From NCBI GenBank assembly GCA_002269645.1, contig NIVC01002278.1, forward strand, positions 123,816 through 187,815: a stretch of DNA of 64,000 nt, in the 5' to 3' direction. This stretch comes from Macrostomum lignano (lineage: Eukaryota). Both the position numbers and the translations under genes were made by a program. The notes beneath the pieces were generated by a model that was not told the DNA's origin, made no database searches, and saw only the letters and a program-made list of their open reading frames with translations. The first letter of the stretch is position 1. Each line of letters starts with the position of its first letter. Of the stretch, positions 23,365 through 35,900 are shown piece after piece.

Positions 23365-24372
23365 ATGAGCAACGTTGACGACATATTAGAAGAATTGCTG
23401 GGCGGAGCTCTGTCCGACAGTGACATCTCGCAAGACGAGGCCCCACAACAGCCGGCGCCGCCGCCGAGAGCGCCAACGCCGCCGCCGAGAGCGCCAACGC
23501 CGCCGCCGAGAGCGCCAACGCCACCGCCAAGGATGTCGACTCCACCACAAGCAGGACCATCATCTTCATCGTCTGCTGAAGCTCCACTCCGTTGTCCGAC
23601 TCGACCACGACCGCCAGTCAACGCAAATAAGAGGCCGAGACCGCCTTCTCCGGTATCTGGCCGACGGCTACAAGGCGACGGACCGACACCGCCCAAGAAG
23701 GCAGTTCTGTTACAGGCCGCAGCCGCTGCCCCAGTCCAGGCCTACGCCGCTCCAGATGGTCGAGGACCGACGGCCGCCGCCGCAGCTTCAGGGCGTCGGA
23801 CAATCCAACTGCACCCAGCCGACGCGCCTCAGCCAAGACGTCCGGCCGCCGCTGCTGCGCGCCCGACAGCCGCCGCTGCACGCCCAACTGCTGATCGTCA
23901 GGTCGCCGCTGCTGGTTCCGGTCGAGCCGCCACCGCTGATCGTCCGGCTGCCGCTGACCACCAGGCCGGCGCTCCCGATCGTCAGGCCGCTGCTGCTGTG
24001 CCTCGACCACCGCGACCTGCACCAGACACGAGCTATCAGGAAGCTGCCCACCGTCTGCTCGAAGCTGGCGAGCATGTCGAGCGTGTCCGATACGGAATCA
24101 GGCAGTACTTGCAGCGAATTGGTCATCTGCGATTGGATCAGGCCTTGCCGCAACGATCTCAGGTCTGGCCTGCTATTCGAGCATTGCGCGAAATCGGCAC
24201 TCAGGCCGATGGCATCGCCCTGTTGCGACACATCTGCGATGAGCTCCAACGCGTCATGCGAGCCGACACCCAGGTTGTACAACGCAGACTTTTGAACATT
24301 GAGATGAGGTGGATTTTTGGACTTTTTGGTTGGCCATATTTCCGCAATCTTCCGGATCCTTGCAATTTCTAA
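23365..24372 (+). CDS. Accessory ORF in the env position (335 aa): Pro/Ala-rich N-terminus plus helical C-terminal domain; function unknown
   Basis: Uninterrupted ATG-to-TAA frame with a 21-bp PPRAPTP triplication; no signal peptide or clear transmembrane helix. Confidence 0.75.
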   Translation: MSNVDDILEELLGGALSDSDISQDEAPQQPAPPPRAPTPPPRAPTPPPRAPTPPPRMSTPPQAGPSSSSSAEAPLRCPTRPRPPVNANKRPRPPSPVSGRRLQGDGPTPPKKAVLLQAAAAAPVQAYAAPDGRGPTAAAAASGRRTIQLHPADAPQPRRPAAAAARPTAAAARPTADRQVAAAGSGRAATADRPAAADHQAGAPDRQAAAAVPRPPRPAPDTSYQEAAHRLLEAGEHVERVRYGIRQYLQRIGHLRLDQALPQRSQVWPAIRALREIGTQADGIALLRHICDELQRVMRADTQVVQRRLLNIEMRWIFGLFGWPYFRNLPDPCNF

Positions 24373-24766
24373 AGTTAGGCTGCTATTCCTGTTGCGATTT
24401 TTAGTGCTTTTACTTTGCAAGTATCTTTTTACCATTGCAATAATACCGCCTTTGCAGCAAAATTCTTTTCTACGCCTTTAATACTCTTTCGTTGTATTTT
24501 ACTACCTAAATCATTGCTTTATCACTTACTAGTATGTTTTCGTATTGACTAGTGTTTATCAGTGCTTTATTAGTAGATCTAATGTTTTTTTTTTGCCTAG
24601 TACGAATAGTAGTGTGATAATTGCTTGTTAGTTATAGAGCACCAACACTTTTCTACACCTATCATGCACTCTTAAAATTTTTCACATTTTGCACAGTAGA
24701 AAATTTTTGCACTCAATTCACTATCAGTATATTTCGTTTAAAAAATTTTTTTTAGAGGAGGTAGGT

Positions 24767-25708
24767 TGTACAGGGCCCCTCCCGATTTCTTTCTAAAAAT
24801 AGCTATCGTTTATTACACTTTAAATTCACGATAAAAACTATGACGCATTTTTGTTTTAATATTCGTGTTTTGTATAATATTTTACGCGAACTAATTTTTG
24901 TTTAAAATCTACTAGAATTTTACTATAAATACAAGCAAATTCGGCGGAGGGAGAACCAACCTCGCGCATCGCGGTTCGCAATCATACCGATTAATAGCAG
25001 TTAATAAGAGTTCCGAGAAAATAAGAATTGAAGAAGTGTTTTCTGTATTCATTCCTTAAGAAGTAAGAGTGAAGTAGACGAAGGTGTGTACCGTATATAC
25101 TACTAAGAAGGAAAGTGTTGAGTAGTAAGAAGTTGCGAAGTAGATCTGAAGTAATACGTGTAAGAATAACCGGAGGCTGTGACCCTCTGATCTCGGTAAC
25201 GCCCAAGGACTTGCAAAGTACATGAAATACATATACCAGTAAGACAAAATACCGCTCAGGCCATTATTAAGTAGAACGCTACCAGAATAATAGAACGCTA
25301 CCAGAATAATCAGAAGAGTACACCTTTCAGGGCTAATAGTTTTTCTAAGAATAATACTCAGACTAAATACTCAGACTAAATACTCAGACTAAATACTCAG
25401 ACTAAATACCCAGACCTATTCTAAGAAACATTTCTCGGATTATTCTAAGATTGATAAACTCACAATTTATTAATAGGATAATCCTGGTGGCAGCTACCAA
25501 CCTAAGAAGAACACTTAAGAGATTAGTAAATTAGACTTGTGATAGCTTTTGGTGACAGTGTGAAATTACTATTAAGAAGAAAGAATCACCCCTGAAACAA
25601 CTTTGGTGGCAGCTAGTAAGGCTAGCAAAAGGAATAATTAAGAGCCTTACGACAGCTTTTGGTACCAGCAGTGGGATAACTAAAGAGGGAAGCAAACCCC
25701 CTGTTACA
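24767..25708 (+). repeat. 3' LTR (942 bp)
   Basis: Matches the 5' LTR except for an extra 274 bp at 25132-25405. Confidence 0.93.
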
Positions 25709-27344
25709 TATACATTATATAAAATATAAAATATAAAGGCTAAATACCTTATCAGCTAATTAGTACTACTTTTAAAATGTTTTGAATATGCATTTTTACA
25801 GTTTACCTGGGTTAGACCCTTGCCAACTAGCTAGATTGGCTTGGTGTTAAATCTAGATGATCTATGACTATATAAGGACAAGTGGCTTAATTATGGTTTA
25901 AGGATTAAAATTCCATATATGGCATATTAATATTTTGAGAATAAAAGAAAAACTATAAATTATATTTTGCAAAACAAAATAATGCAAAATAATCTATAAG
26001 AAAAATGCTAAAAAATAATATATAAGGAATGGAAATCCATTGAATTTGAATAGTTCAAAAGTTATGTCATCTATAACTTGGAAAATCAGACCTTTTGAGC
26101 AAAAATGATCACAGTGCCTTAGCTTATAGGAAAAATGCATTACAGGAATATCAAAAAATGACACTAAAAATATTATAACTTTTTTACTACTTAACTAAAA
26201 TTCAAAAGTAAGGTTTCATTTTTTTTATACAACAAATGTAATGTCTATCATATGGTATCAAAAAGTAAATCAAACTCAAAAAATTTTAAATCTAGAAAGC
26301 CACCCTATTCACTATTGTGCTTTACTTTAAATCCTTTAGCCAGGCTTAGTATACCAAGGTTGGCATACTAAGTACAAGTATATTCTAAGCGTATTAATTT
26401 AAACATCACAAAATATATATTTGCCTATGTAGGCCTAAAACAAAATCTAAAATAAATTTGTTATGTCATTATGAGCATATTTTAAATCTATTTGATAGTT
26501 TGTAGTTGCAATTTATGAAATAAATAGTTGCAATTTATTTTGCTGCTACCAAAGCTGTCAAACTAGGCTTAAAATTTGGTCCTGGACATTTGCACAATTT
26601 GCCATCAGGTGTTTTTTAAGAAAGAACTTGGCAGGTCCTTCAGCTAAAGTTTTTTGCATACTTACGCAAGTTAAGTAGGCCCTTTACTTTAGATATAGTT
26701 ATGCGTCTTGCCTTTACTTCCGCATTTGTTACTTTTAAATATATGCTTCAGTTTAGCTTTGGCCATGCAATGCTGGTCATAAGGCCTTAGAAGCTTAAGG
26801 CATTGGAACCTGTAGTGACAACAACAAATGGCGTTAAAAAGTGTACTCTGTGTACGTGCAAAGCCGACGACGAAAATATATAAAACCATTTAAAAATACT
26901 AACATTTACAACAAATCAAACAGTAAAAAGTAAAAAAGTAATATTTTATTTTATAGTAAACACTTTTTTGTATTTTAAGTATTTACGTAACAATCTTTGT
27001 GTTGAATAATGTTGATATTTTAAACTTTTAGTTTCAAATTTATGTTTTTCAAGGAAATAAAATAAATCAAGTGAAAAACGTTATGGATCTCTTAGACACG
27101 CGGCGGCCATGTCTGTAATATAGAATGCGTCTCACTGGAGAAAGTCAGAGTCAAAGATACAGACAGCAGCTGTGTCAGTAAGCCTGCATAGCGCCAGCGG
27201 CCGTGTCGTTATCATAAAAATATTTCACACTTAGACTTCACACTAGACTAGAGACTGAGACAGAGGGTGGCCGTGTCCCTAATATAGACTCCTGGTAGCG
27301 ATGCTCGTTTTATAAATAGTAGAAAAATGAAGGCCAACACCAAC

Positions 27345-27710
27345 ATATAAGTAAATTATTATATCCAACGCGTTTCGACACAAGCGGTCATCTTCAGGGC
27401 TTGCACTCATGGTTCACAATTCCGTATATTTAAATAAATAAAGAAAATCAAAAACTGTACAGGGCAATAGACGAATGGGTTCAGTCCGGTCGATAATTGT
27501 ACATTAAGAGACGAAAATAAATTAAATTATTAGGCCATCACACAGAACAAACAAACACAGAGCAAACAATATTAGCAGGGAGAGAGCCGCAAACCCACAC
27601 CAAGCCTAGAAAACTTTGAGCTGTAAATTGGCTCCTCCACCAGCAAGCTAAGTATTGAGACTAGGTTTATGATGCTTAATGTGTCGTAGGGCACTTTTAT
27701 TATTCTCTAA
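27345..27710 (-). mobile_element. Penelope-like element 3' remnant with a hammerhead ribozyme motif
   Basis: Minus strand encodes RHIKHHKPSLNT*...LQLKVF* (GIY-YIG endonuclease C-terminal pattern, 27606-27710), followed by ccCTGAAGAtgaccgcttgtgtcGAAAcgcgtt at 27365-27400. Confidence 0.65.
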
Positions 27711-28441
27711 ATCCCACCGCAATCACCAAGTTGTTGTAAGGGGGGGGGTTTGGCTGTAATTCTAGAATTTTATTATATTAGCTTGTTAAATTCGTTATGA
27801 GCTACTAAAATACGGCGTAACTGAGGTAAGACTATGGGCTTTCACGTAAGCACGGATTGCCCTGGTAGCGCGCAGTGCCCGAGTGGCAAGACACTGTTCA
27901 GCTAGGGGGAGAGGGGGAAAGACTAAGTCCTAAAGCAGCGTCCTCCAATGGATCGAGGTTGCCCGGTGAATTTCAATTTCCTCTTACGGATTTGCTCTTG
28001 TCAGGTACGACTTTCTCATTGGTTGTTCAATTCGAATATTTTATTTGGATATTCCTCCTCTTTCTATTGGCTGATTACGCCCCTGCTCTTTGCTAGTACG
28101 CTATTGGCTCTTCGACAATTCGTCTCTTGCTCTTGGTAATTTCTACCTCTAGTCCAATGAGCATTCGCTCTTAGTTTTTAGCAAATGAAGGAAGGTTTGG
28201 AACGCTTCTTCAATTTTATAGGCAATTCGCCTATGAACCAAAAGGTCTAAAACTTCGGTTGCCTCTCTGGGCACAAAATTCGCTTCTATTTATACTAAAA
28301 TTGGGGTGGGGAACAAGACGCGTTTAAACAAAGTTCTAAAAATATACGTTTCCATAGTAAAGGCGGGAATTTAAAACTTGGCCTCTCTCAAATGTGCCAG
28401 GCTTCCAGCACTCTGAGTTTGCCATCAAATCTACATCTATT

Positions 28442-28490
28442 CAGAAGATGACCGCTTGTGTCAGAATGCATTGGCTATAATAATTTACTA
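28442..28490 (+). mobile_element. Degenerate inverted copy of the Penelope hammerhead segment
   Basis: cagaagatgaccgcttgtgtcagaatgcattggctataataatttact matches the reverse complement of 27345-27397. Confidence 0.6.
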
Positions 28491-29292
28491 ACTATAATTT
28501 TTCTAATATACAATTCAAATATATATATATAAAATCGTAGATTTATCGTAGATTTTATATTATTTTTTATAAAACAATATAAAAAATATATATATATTTT
28601 TGAATTGTATATTAGAAAAATTATAGTTTTGAAAATTTTTTTTCAAAAATTAAAAATATTAAAAATTTTTTTATTTATTAAATTTTTAAAAAATTAAGAA
28701 TATTCATAAATTTTCTTAACTTAAACTAGGTCTAGCTTAGTCTATTTTGGTCTAGATATTTATAATTATAGGCCAGGGCCTAGCAATTAAAAATTTATGA
28801 TTTTTAAAAAATTTCCAATTGATGGTTTAAATAGGTCCATAAAAATTGCTTTTAGACAAATTGCCTATTGAAATTTGCCTACCAAGCTTTTCTTGCCAAG
28901 ACTTGCCTATAGTTCATTTTTCCTCTAAGTAAATTGTTTACCAAGATGGCAAGATTTAATTTTAAATTGGATAAAAAGTATAAATGATCCGCAGATCAGC
29001 CCAGGGAAAGGCTCTGCTGCTAGATATATTAGGGACCATATTACCAAGGATATAAAGCCCAGAAGGCCCAGATTAGGACTAGGACTCAAGGCCTAATGAA
29101 ATAGCCTTATTGGATATTACTAGCAGCCTAAGCCTATAGGGATACTAGGGCCTACCAACCTAACAATAGAGTTAGGAGGATGAGTACAAAGACTAATCTA
29201 CCTAAGCTAGCCCCAATGACAGGTCCAAAATATGCACAAAAAGATTAAAATTGGAAATTTTTAGAAAATTAATAGAAACCCAGTCTACAAAA

Positions 29293-31435
29293 GGGTGATG
29301 GTCATTTCGTCAACTGGCGTTTCGTCAACTCGGTTGACGAAGTGACCAAAGTGTTGGGGCGCCTTTACTGGTAGTTGACGAAGTGACCAAGCCTAGGTCC
29401 TTCCAATTTGCTTTTTGACGAAGTGACTAAAATTTTCATTATATGAATGATAACGTATGTAGCTGATACAGCTACATATCTTGTATAGCTTACAATTATT
29501 GTTATATCGATGATTTGTTTTATTAATTGTATTATTTTTAAAAATGAACAAATTTTGCAATACCAGACTGCATGTCCATTAGGTTAAATGTTTCGATGCA
29601 AATATTCTATGCAAATGCGTCACCCCATGCGGGGGAGGCTTCACAAGCGCTAATTTTCATAAGCGCTAACTCACCTACTTTCACAAGCGCTAAACTTCAC
29701 AAACGCTAAACTTCATAACCGCTAACTCACAATTAAGCACTAAACTTCATAATAGCTACAAATTCGCCACCTACTTTCACAAATGCTAAATTTCACAAGC
29801 GCTAAACTTCAGAATAGCGAAACCACCTACTTTCACAACCGCTAAACTTCACAAGCACTAAACTTCACATTAGCTACAAAGTTGTCACCTACTTTCACAA
29901 GCAACCCCCCATGCGCACTCATACCCATATGCGTCCGGGCATTAATGAATATTGAGTATTTGTATGTTATGCGACCATATATGCGACTACATAACATAGG
30001 TATTTCTTCTATCAAAACGCGTCAAGGACTGCTATAAAGTCCCCTATATATGGAGTCGTGAAAATTGGTGGACTGCGTGCGCCTAATTCCCACCCCTCCA
30101 CCCCGCTGTGCACAGTCAACCGAAGCCCCCGCAGCGAATCTTGATATCAGGTATTGCTCTTGATCGGAGTATATAATTACGCACAATTCACGCGTGCTCA
30201 TCGATCGATTATGCCGTACATGTATAAGGTATTTCACTCCCTGTCATGCTTAACACTAAAATGTACAATGCACTGTAAGAAGGCACAAGCAGACACAAGC
30301 AGACAGATGCAAAGGCACAGGCAGATGCGCAAACCGATCGGCGATATTGGGTGCAGTATCACAGCGGCGTGCTCTTGATTTGTGCATTCCTGCTCATGTA
30401 GCTGCACAAGACTTGGCCATGTGCCTAAGCCTATAGTGCTTTTACGTGTAGGGTCAGCAAACTTTTTACCTCAAGGGCCAGATTGAGAACCTAGCGCAAT
30501 GACTGCCCTTCTGGGTCCGCTTCGCTGGGCCCCTAAGCAAAATGCACCCAGGAGTCCCTGATGATTGCAAGCCAAAGGAGGGAGAGAGGATAGGGAATAG
30601 AAAAGAGAAATACAAGCTGGCGTACTCGTAGAAGAAAGGAGATGCGAAGGAATAAGGATAAGAGAGTATACGATCGAGAGGAGAGATGAAATAGAAGAAT
30701 ATCGATCGAGAGGAGAGGAGAGACAAAATAGAGAAGAGAGGAGAGGAGAGGATTGAGAGAGGAGGGAAGGGAGAAGAGAATGGGGAAGAAAAGGTAGAGG
30801 AGAGGTGAGAGATGAGAGGAAAGGAGAGAGGAGAAGAGAGGACAGGTGAGAGAGAAGAGAGAGGTGAGAGAAAAGAGCTGAAAAGACACAAAAATTGAGC
30901 AGTCCGGATTTCTATTGTGAAGATTCAAAGGACCCGAGTGCTGGATAGAGAGGCTTTGCGGGCCACATGTGGCCTGCAAACTGGAGTTTGACGACCCCTG
31001 TTTTAGCCATTCAGCCCTTCTCCTTTGGCGCCTTTGATCGAAATTTCGAGTCTGCCGCAATCCCAAGACTTAATTAAACTGCTGCGGGCGCTGCAACCAA
31101 AATCACTAAAATGCCGTCAGCTAAAAAAATAGACAGTGCCAAGAGATCCAGAAAATTACTGGTCTTGCCCTTGCAATTTTCATTCAATTATGAATATTAA
31201 TTAGCCTGTCGACTTAGTCATTTCAGGGTTCAGTTTTACTTTTTTGCGGCTGGGGGGGTAGTTTATTGGCAGTTGACGAAGTGACCAATGTTGGAACACT
31301 TCCTGTTGGCCAGTTGACGAAGTGACCAAGGTTTGAGATCGCTTCATTGGCTAGTTGACAAAACGACCAGTGATAAAACCGAGTTGACGAAATGGCCAGT
31401 TGACGAAACTCCAGTTGACGAAATGACTAGGACCC
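29293..31435. mobile_element. Non-autonomous DNA transposon with ~38-bp TIRs and subterminal gttgacgaagtgacc repeats
   Basis: Left gggtgatggtcatttcgtcaactggcgtttcgtcaact and right agttgacgaaactccagttgacgaaatgactaggaccc; 8-bp flanks ctacaaaa / ctacagaa (7 of 8 identical). Confidence 0.75.
30449..31000. mobile_element. hAT-like non-autonomous element nested in the previous element, with an AG-rich low-complexity core
   Basis: Ends tagggtcagcaaact ... agtttgacgacccctg resemble hAT CAGGGGT-type TIRs; no TSD found. Confidence 0.5.
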
Positions 31436-32943
31436 CTACAGAAATGGCTTTAAGATTGGAGCAAGTCTAGGTAACTTATTTACCAAGGGCAAGTCTTTTA
31501 TCAGATAGGTTGAAATTAGTAAAGATGTTCAAATTGATTCTCCTATAGGGCTGCAAGCCTTAAGGCTTTTTTACTATCTAGCTTTTTAATAAGCCTAAGC
31601 TAAGGGGTTAGAGAGGTTTTCCTTATTTGGGACAAACTTTTCCCTAGGACATCAATCCACTATCAATGATTAAAGCCAAGAGACAATCAAAGGAGCCAAC
31701 AAATGGACTAGAAAAGGCAGAGCTTATAACATTGGACAGCTACATAGCCAAAAAGGTAAAATGCAAAGCTAAAACAAAGGGATAAAAACAATAAGGAGGA
31801 ACACTTAAACCTTTATTATGGGGCTTAGCCTCAAGGCTAGTATCAATTGGGCTCTACTATACACTTTTGTAAATGGTCATCTTTCTTGCAAGGCAAGTAC
31901 AACTAAGGGGCTCAAGTCCCATTCTACTAGTCATACTGCAATCCAGAGTCACAATTACTCAATGTTTTGTATACCCCCTTCCTTGTAAATGAAAGGAGGG
32001 CCAAAAAAACAGAAAAATAAAGGGTCTATTTTTATATGTGCATATCACCTCGAATAAGGGTATTTAAATATTGAGCTTCTTGAAGGGTAGGTCAATTGAA
32101 TAGCCCACTGAGATTTTCCTACAATGCAATTTGCTTGAGTAAGTTTTTTTCCACTAAGGTTTGCCCACAAAGCTTTTTTCTTATATAAAATTTAGTATAT
32201 TTAGATAGAAGTAGCAACTAACTTGCTTTGTTAGCCAACATTTTTTAGTTATATTGAAATACTAAAAAAATGCATTGATTTTTCTAGTTATATTTTTTAT
32301 TGTAAAAGTTTTAAACCATGTTAAATACATTTAAAAAAATATTTTCCATTGTGGTTGTAAAAATATAAATCTGCCTTCTTACTAAAAGTACCAGGTCATC
32401 TGGACAATTATTGCAAGCTGCTCCAAGCCAAATCTGTGAAATTGCCCATCTTTGGGCACAAAATCCCAATGATCCCCCATTTTTATCTCAAAAAAATAAA
32501 AGATAAGTGCTAGAGGAAATGTCTTGGCTGTAAGCTGGATGCTTAGGTAGTATGCTTATTTAGTACACTGGGCATACATGCGCAACCCCCCTCCCTGATT
32601 TACACTGGCCATGCAACTTACAACCCTAGAGCAAAATTGATGCAATTTTGGGTAAACGGCAGGAGTAACTATTACTGTATTATTAAGGCTAAGTTCCTCG
32701 TCATCTAATTAGTACTACGTCTGTATTCTTTGGGATCCTTGGGATATTCTTTGGGCATTTTTGTAACTTACCCCTGTACAATTTACAGTGGCCAGGTCGG
32801 CCAGCAGTTGCGCATGTATGACACTGAGAAAGTACAGTAACCAGGTAGTCTATTTAATCGGCCTGCATATTTGTACTTAGTCTTGCACTATGCCGCGTAT
32901 ATTCTCATGCTTTTGAAATTCTATTCGGCTGCAACTCAAACAG

Positions 32944-35900
32944 ATGGCGGACCAGCTGCCTATAGACGATGAGGCCGAGCCTCGCTACGAAGATGCCATC
33001 GATGTCGAAGATGCTGGGGAAGCTGAAGCAATGATGGCGGAAGAAGTAGAAGCAGAAGAAGAGCAATTAGAAATGGAAGAAGGTGAGGAAGAGTTTCACC
33101 TGGCGGAAGAAGATTTGCAGCTAGATGATGAAGACGGAGATGAGGAGGCTGATGAGCAGCCTGGCGATCAGATTGGTGCAGCGGCCGGATTTCCCGCTCT
33201 GCTGCGTCTGTTTCCGCGCCGACTGGCCTGGCCGCAGCAGCCGGAGCCCGATGACGCTTCATCAGCAATGGAAGCGGCCAACGCGCCTCACCTCATCACT
33301 TTCAATCGCCAGCTGCCCAGAGAGCACGCCTACCTTGGCGGGGATCTTGAAGCGCCGTCCAATGTCTCCACTTCAACAGTTAATTCGCTGGCCGATTCAG
33401 GCGTGATAGAGCTGCCATGTCTCACCTGCTCGCTGGGCGTCCTGCTGCCCGGCCAGCTGCTGCCGGTGGCGCTGTTCCGCCCGTCTGACGTGGCCCTGGT
33501 GTCCGGGATGCACTCTGGCCAGGTTGGCCCAGTGGCCGTGCTGCACCGCTACCGGTACAGCAGCACGGCCGAGCTGCTGTCCTGCAGAGAGGAAGTTGAC
33601 GACAACGTCGGCTTGACGATGATCCGAGCTAAGCTGATTGGCCGTCGACGATTCGAAGCGTTGAGTGTCCGGCGAGACATTGCCGGCCGATTGTTGGCCA
33701 AAATTCGACTGCTGCCGGAGCCAAAGTGAGTGCCGCTGTGCTGCCGTGTCTTTCATCTTTGCTACCTTAGATAGCTTTGAATGTATTACCATCAACCAAT
33801 TAAAATACTGCAACAAGCAAAAAGAAACTAAGGATTTGATCTGTCTCAGCCAATGGGAAAGCAGTAGTGTACTATGAGAACATGCTAGTTTACCTACTAC
33901 CGCAGGCAAATGAGTCCGTGCTCGTTCAGGCGGCCCAGTCCCCGTCGATCGCTCGCACTGTCAACTTGTCCGTTCCCGTCCTGGGTGGCCGATGCCTACG
34001 ATGCCAGACAGCTGGTCAGCGCGGTGCGGACTGAGCTGGCCTCGTGCAATCGTTCCTGGTCGGAGGTGCAGGTGTGACTGCTGGTTGCATTGAGAATTTA
34101 AGCGACTACCTTTCTTTGTATTTAAGACTTGGGTAGGCTACTGCAGTGCCTCCCTGAGTAGGCTATTGGAGGTCAGTGACCCCCTGAGCATTAACAGGTT
34201 CCTGAATAGGCTATTGGAGGTCAGTGACCCCTGAGCATTAACAGGTTCCTGAATAGGCTATTGGAGGTTAGTGACCCCCTGAGCATTAACAGATCCCTGA
34301 ATAGGCTATTTGAGGTCAGTGACCCCCTGAGCATTAACAGATCCCTGAATAGGCTATTGGAGGTTAGTGACCCCCTGAGCATTAACAGATTCCTTAATAG
34401 TCTATTGGGGAGGGTCAGTGCCCCCACCAACAGTTCCTTAGTCTTACACGTGTTTAGAGTGCTAGGAAGATGCCCTCACCAAGCACAGATCCTCTTATTG
34501 GTTTCTATGGTAACTAAATAAACTTCACATGTCTGAAACCGCCTGTTAAATGTTGGACTCACAGGCCGGCCCAGACGAGCCCACCGCCTTTGCCAACTGG
34601 CTGCTGGAGCAGCTGCCCCTGCCAGATTGGCTCCGCGCTGACCTGCTCGGCTGCCCTCATCCGTCCGGCTGCCTTCGCCGCTACCTCCGCCTGCTCCGTC
34701 GCTGCACCACCCTGCGCTGTGTCCGCTGTTTGAACCGAGTCGCCGACAAATCCGCCATCTTCTGCTTGGCCGCCGGCGGCTCCACAGGCGCCTACGTTAA
34801 TCCTGGCGGCCACGTGCACGAGATGATGACTGTGGCGGCGGCCACCGGGGTGCGGCCGGTTGGCCGGCCCTGCACCGAGCACAGCTGGTTCCCCGGATAC
34901 GCTTGGCAGGTGAGTCTCTTGGCCGGAGCATTGCTCAATTAGCTTCTGAAGAATATTAGAAGCTATTTGATATTTGCACCTGTCCTGAAATTGTTATTAG
35001 CGCGCGCTTACGATAGTGAACATTAATGATAGTGAGCATTTATCATTGTGAGCATTTATCATAGTGAGCATTTATCATAGTGAGCATTTATCATAGTGAG
35101 CATTTATCATAGTGAGCATTTATGATATTGAGCATTTATAATAGTGAGCATTTATGATAGTGAGCATTTATAATAGTGAGCATTATGATATTGAGCATTT
35201 ATCATAGTGAGCATTTATGATAGTGAGCATTTATCATAGTGAGCATTTATGATATTGAGCATTTATCATAGTGAGCATTTATGATAGTGAGCATTTATAA
35301 TAGTGAGCATTTATGATATTGAGCATTTATAATAGTGAGCATTTGTGAGTATAATAGTGAGCATTTATGATATTGAGCATTTATCATAGTGAGCATTTAT
35401 GATAGTGAGCATTTATGATAGTGAGCATTTATGATAGTGAGCATTTATGATAGTGAGCATTTATGATAGTGAGCATTTATGATATTAAGCATTTATCGTA
35501 GTGAGCATTTATGATAGTGAGCATTTATGATAGTGAGCATTTATGATAGTGAGCATTTATGATATTGAGCATTTATGATAGTGAGCATTTATGATAGTGA
35601 GCATTTATGATATTGAGCATTTATCATAGTGAGCATTTATGATAGTGAGCATTTATGATAGTGAGCATTTATCATAGTGAGAATTTATGACAGTGAGAAT
35701 TTATGATAGTGAGCATTTATGATAGTGAGCATTTATGATAGTGAGCATTTATGATAGTGAGCATTTATGTTAGTGAGCATTTATGTTAGTAAGCATTTGA
35801 CGGTGAGCACTTATGATAGTGAGCATTTATATAGCGTGGCATTATCAGCACAGCATTAACTATACTCATCTACAATAGTAAATCTCATCTGTCTTCAACG

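Larger units (their letters stand above)
20242..25708 (+). mobile_element. Non-autonomous Ty3/gypsy-like LTR retrotransposon with both LTRs
   Basis: 5' LTR 20242-20909 and 3' LTR 24767-25708, both TGT...ACA. 4-bp TSD TATA at 20238-20241 and 25709-25712. PBS tggtggcagcg at 20915; purine tract agaggaggtagg at 24754-24765; gag-like ORF inside. Confidence 0.93.

Noticed and set aside
23618-24435. Alternative-frame and antisense ORFs over the accessory gene (also over RFX7, METTL15 and TRIM exons)
   Set aside because: Expected shadows of GC-rich coding sequence.
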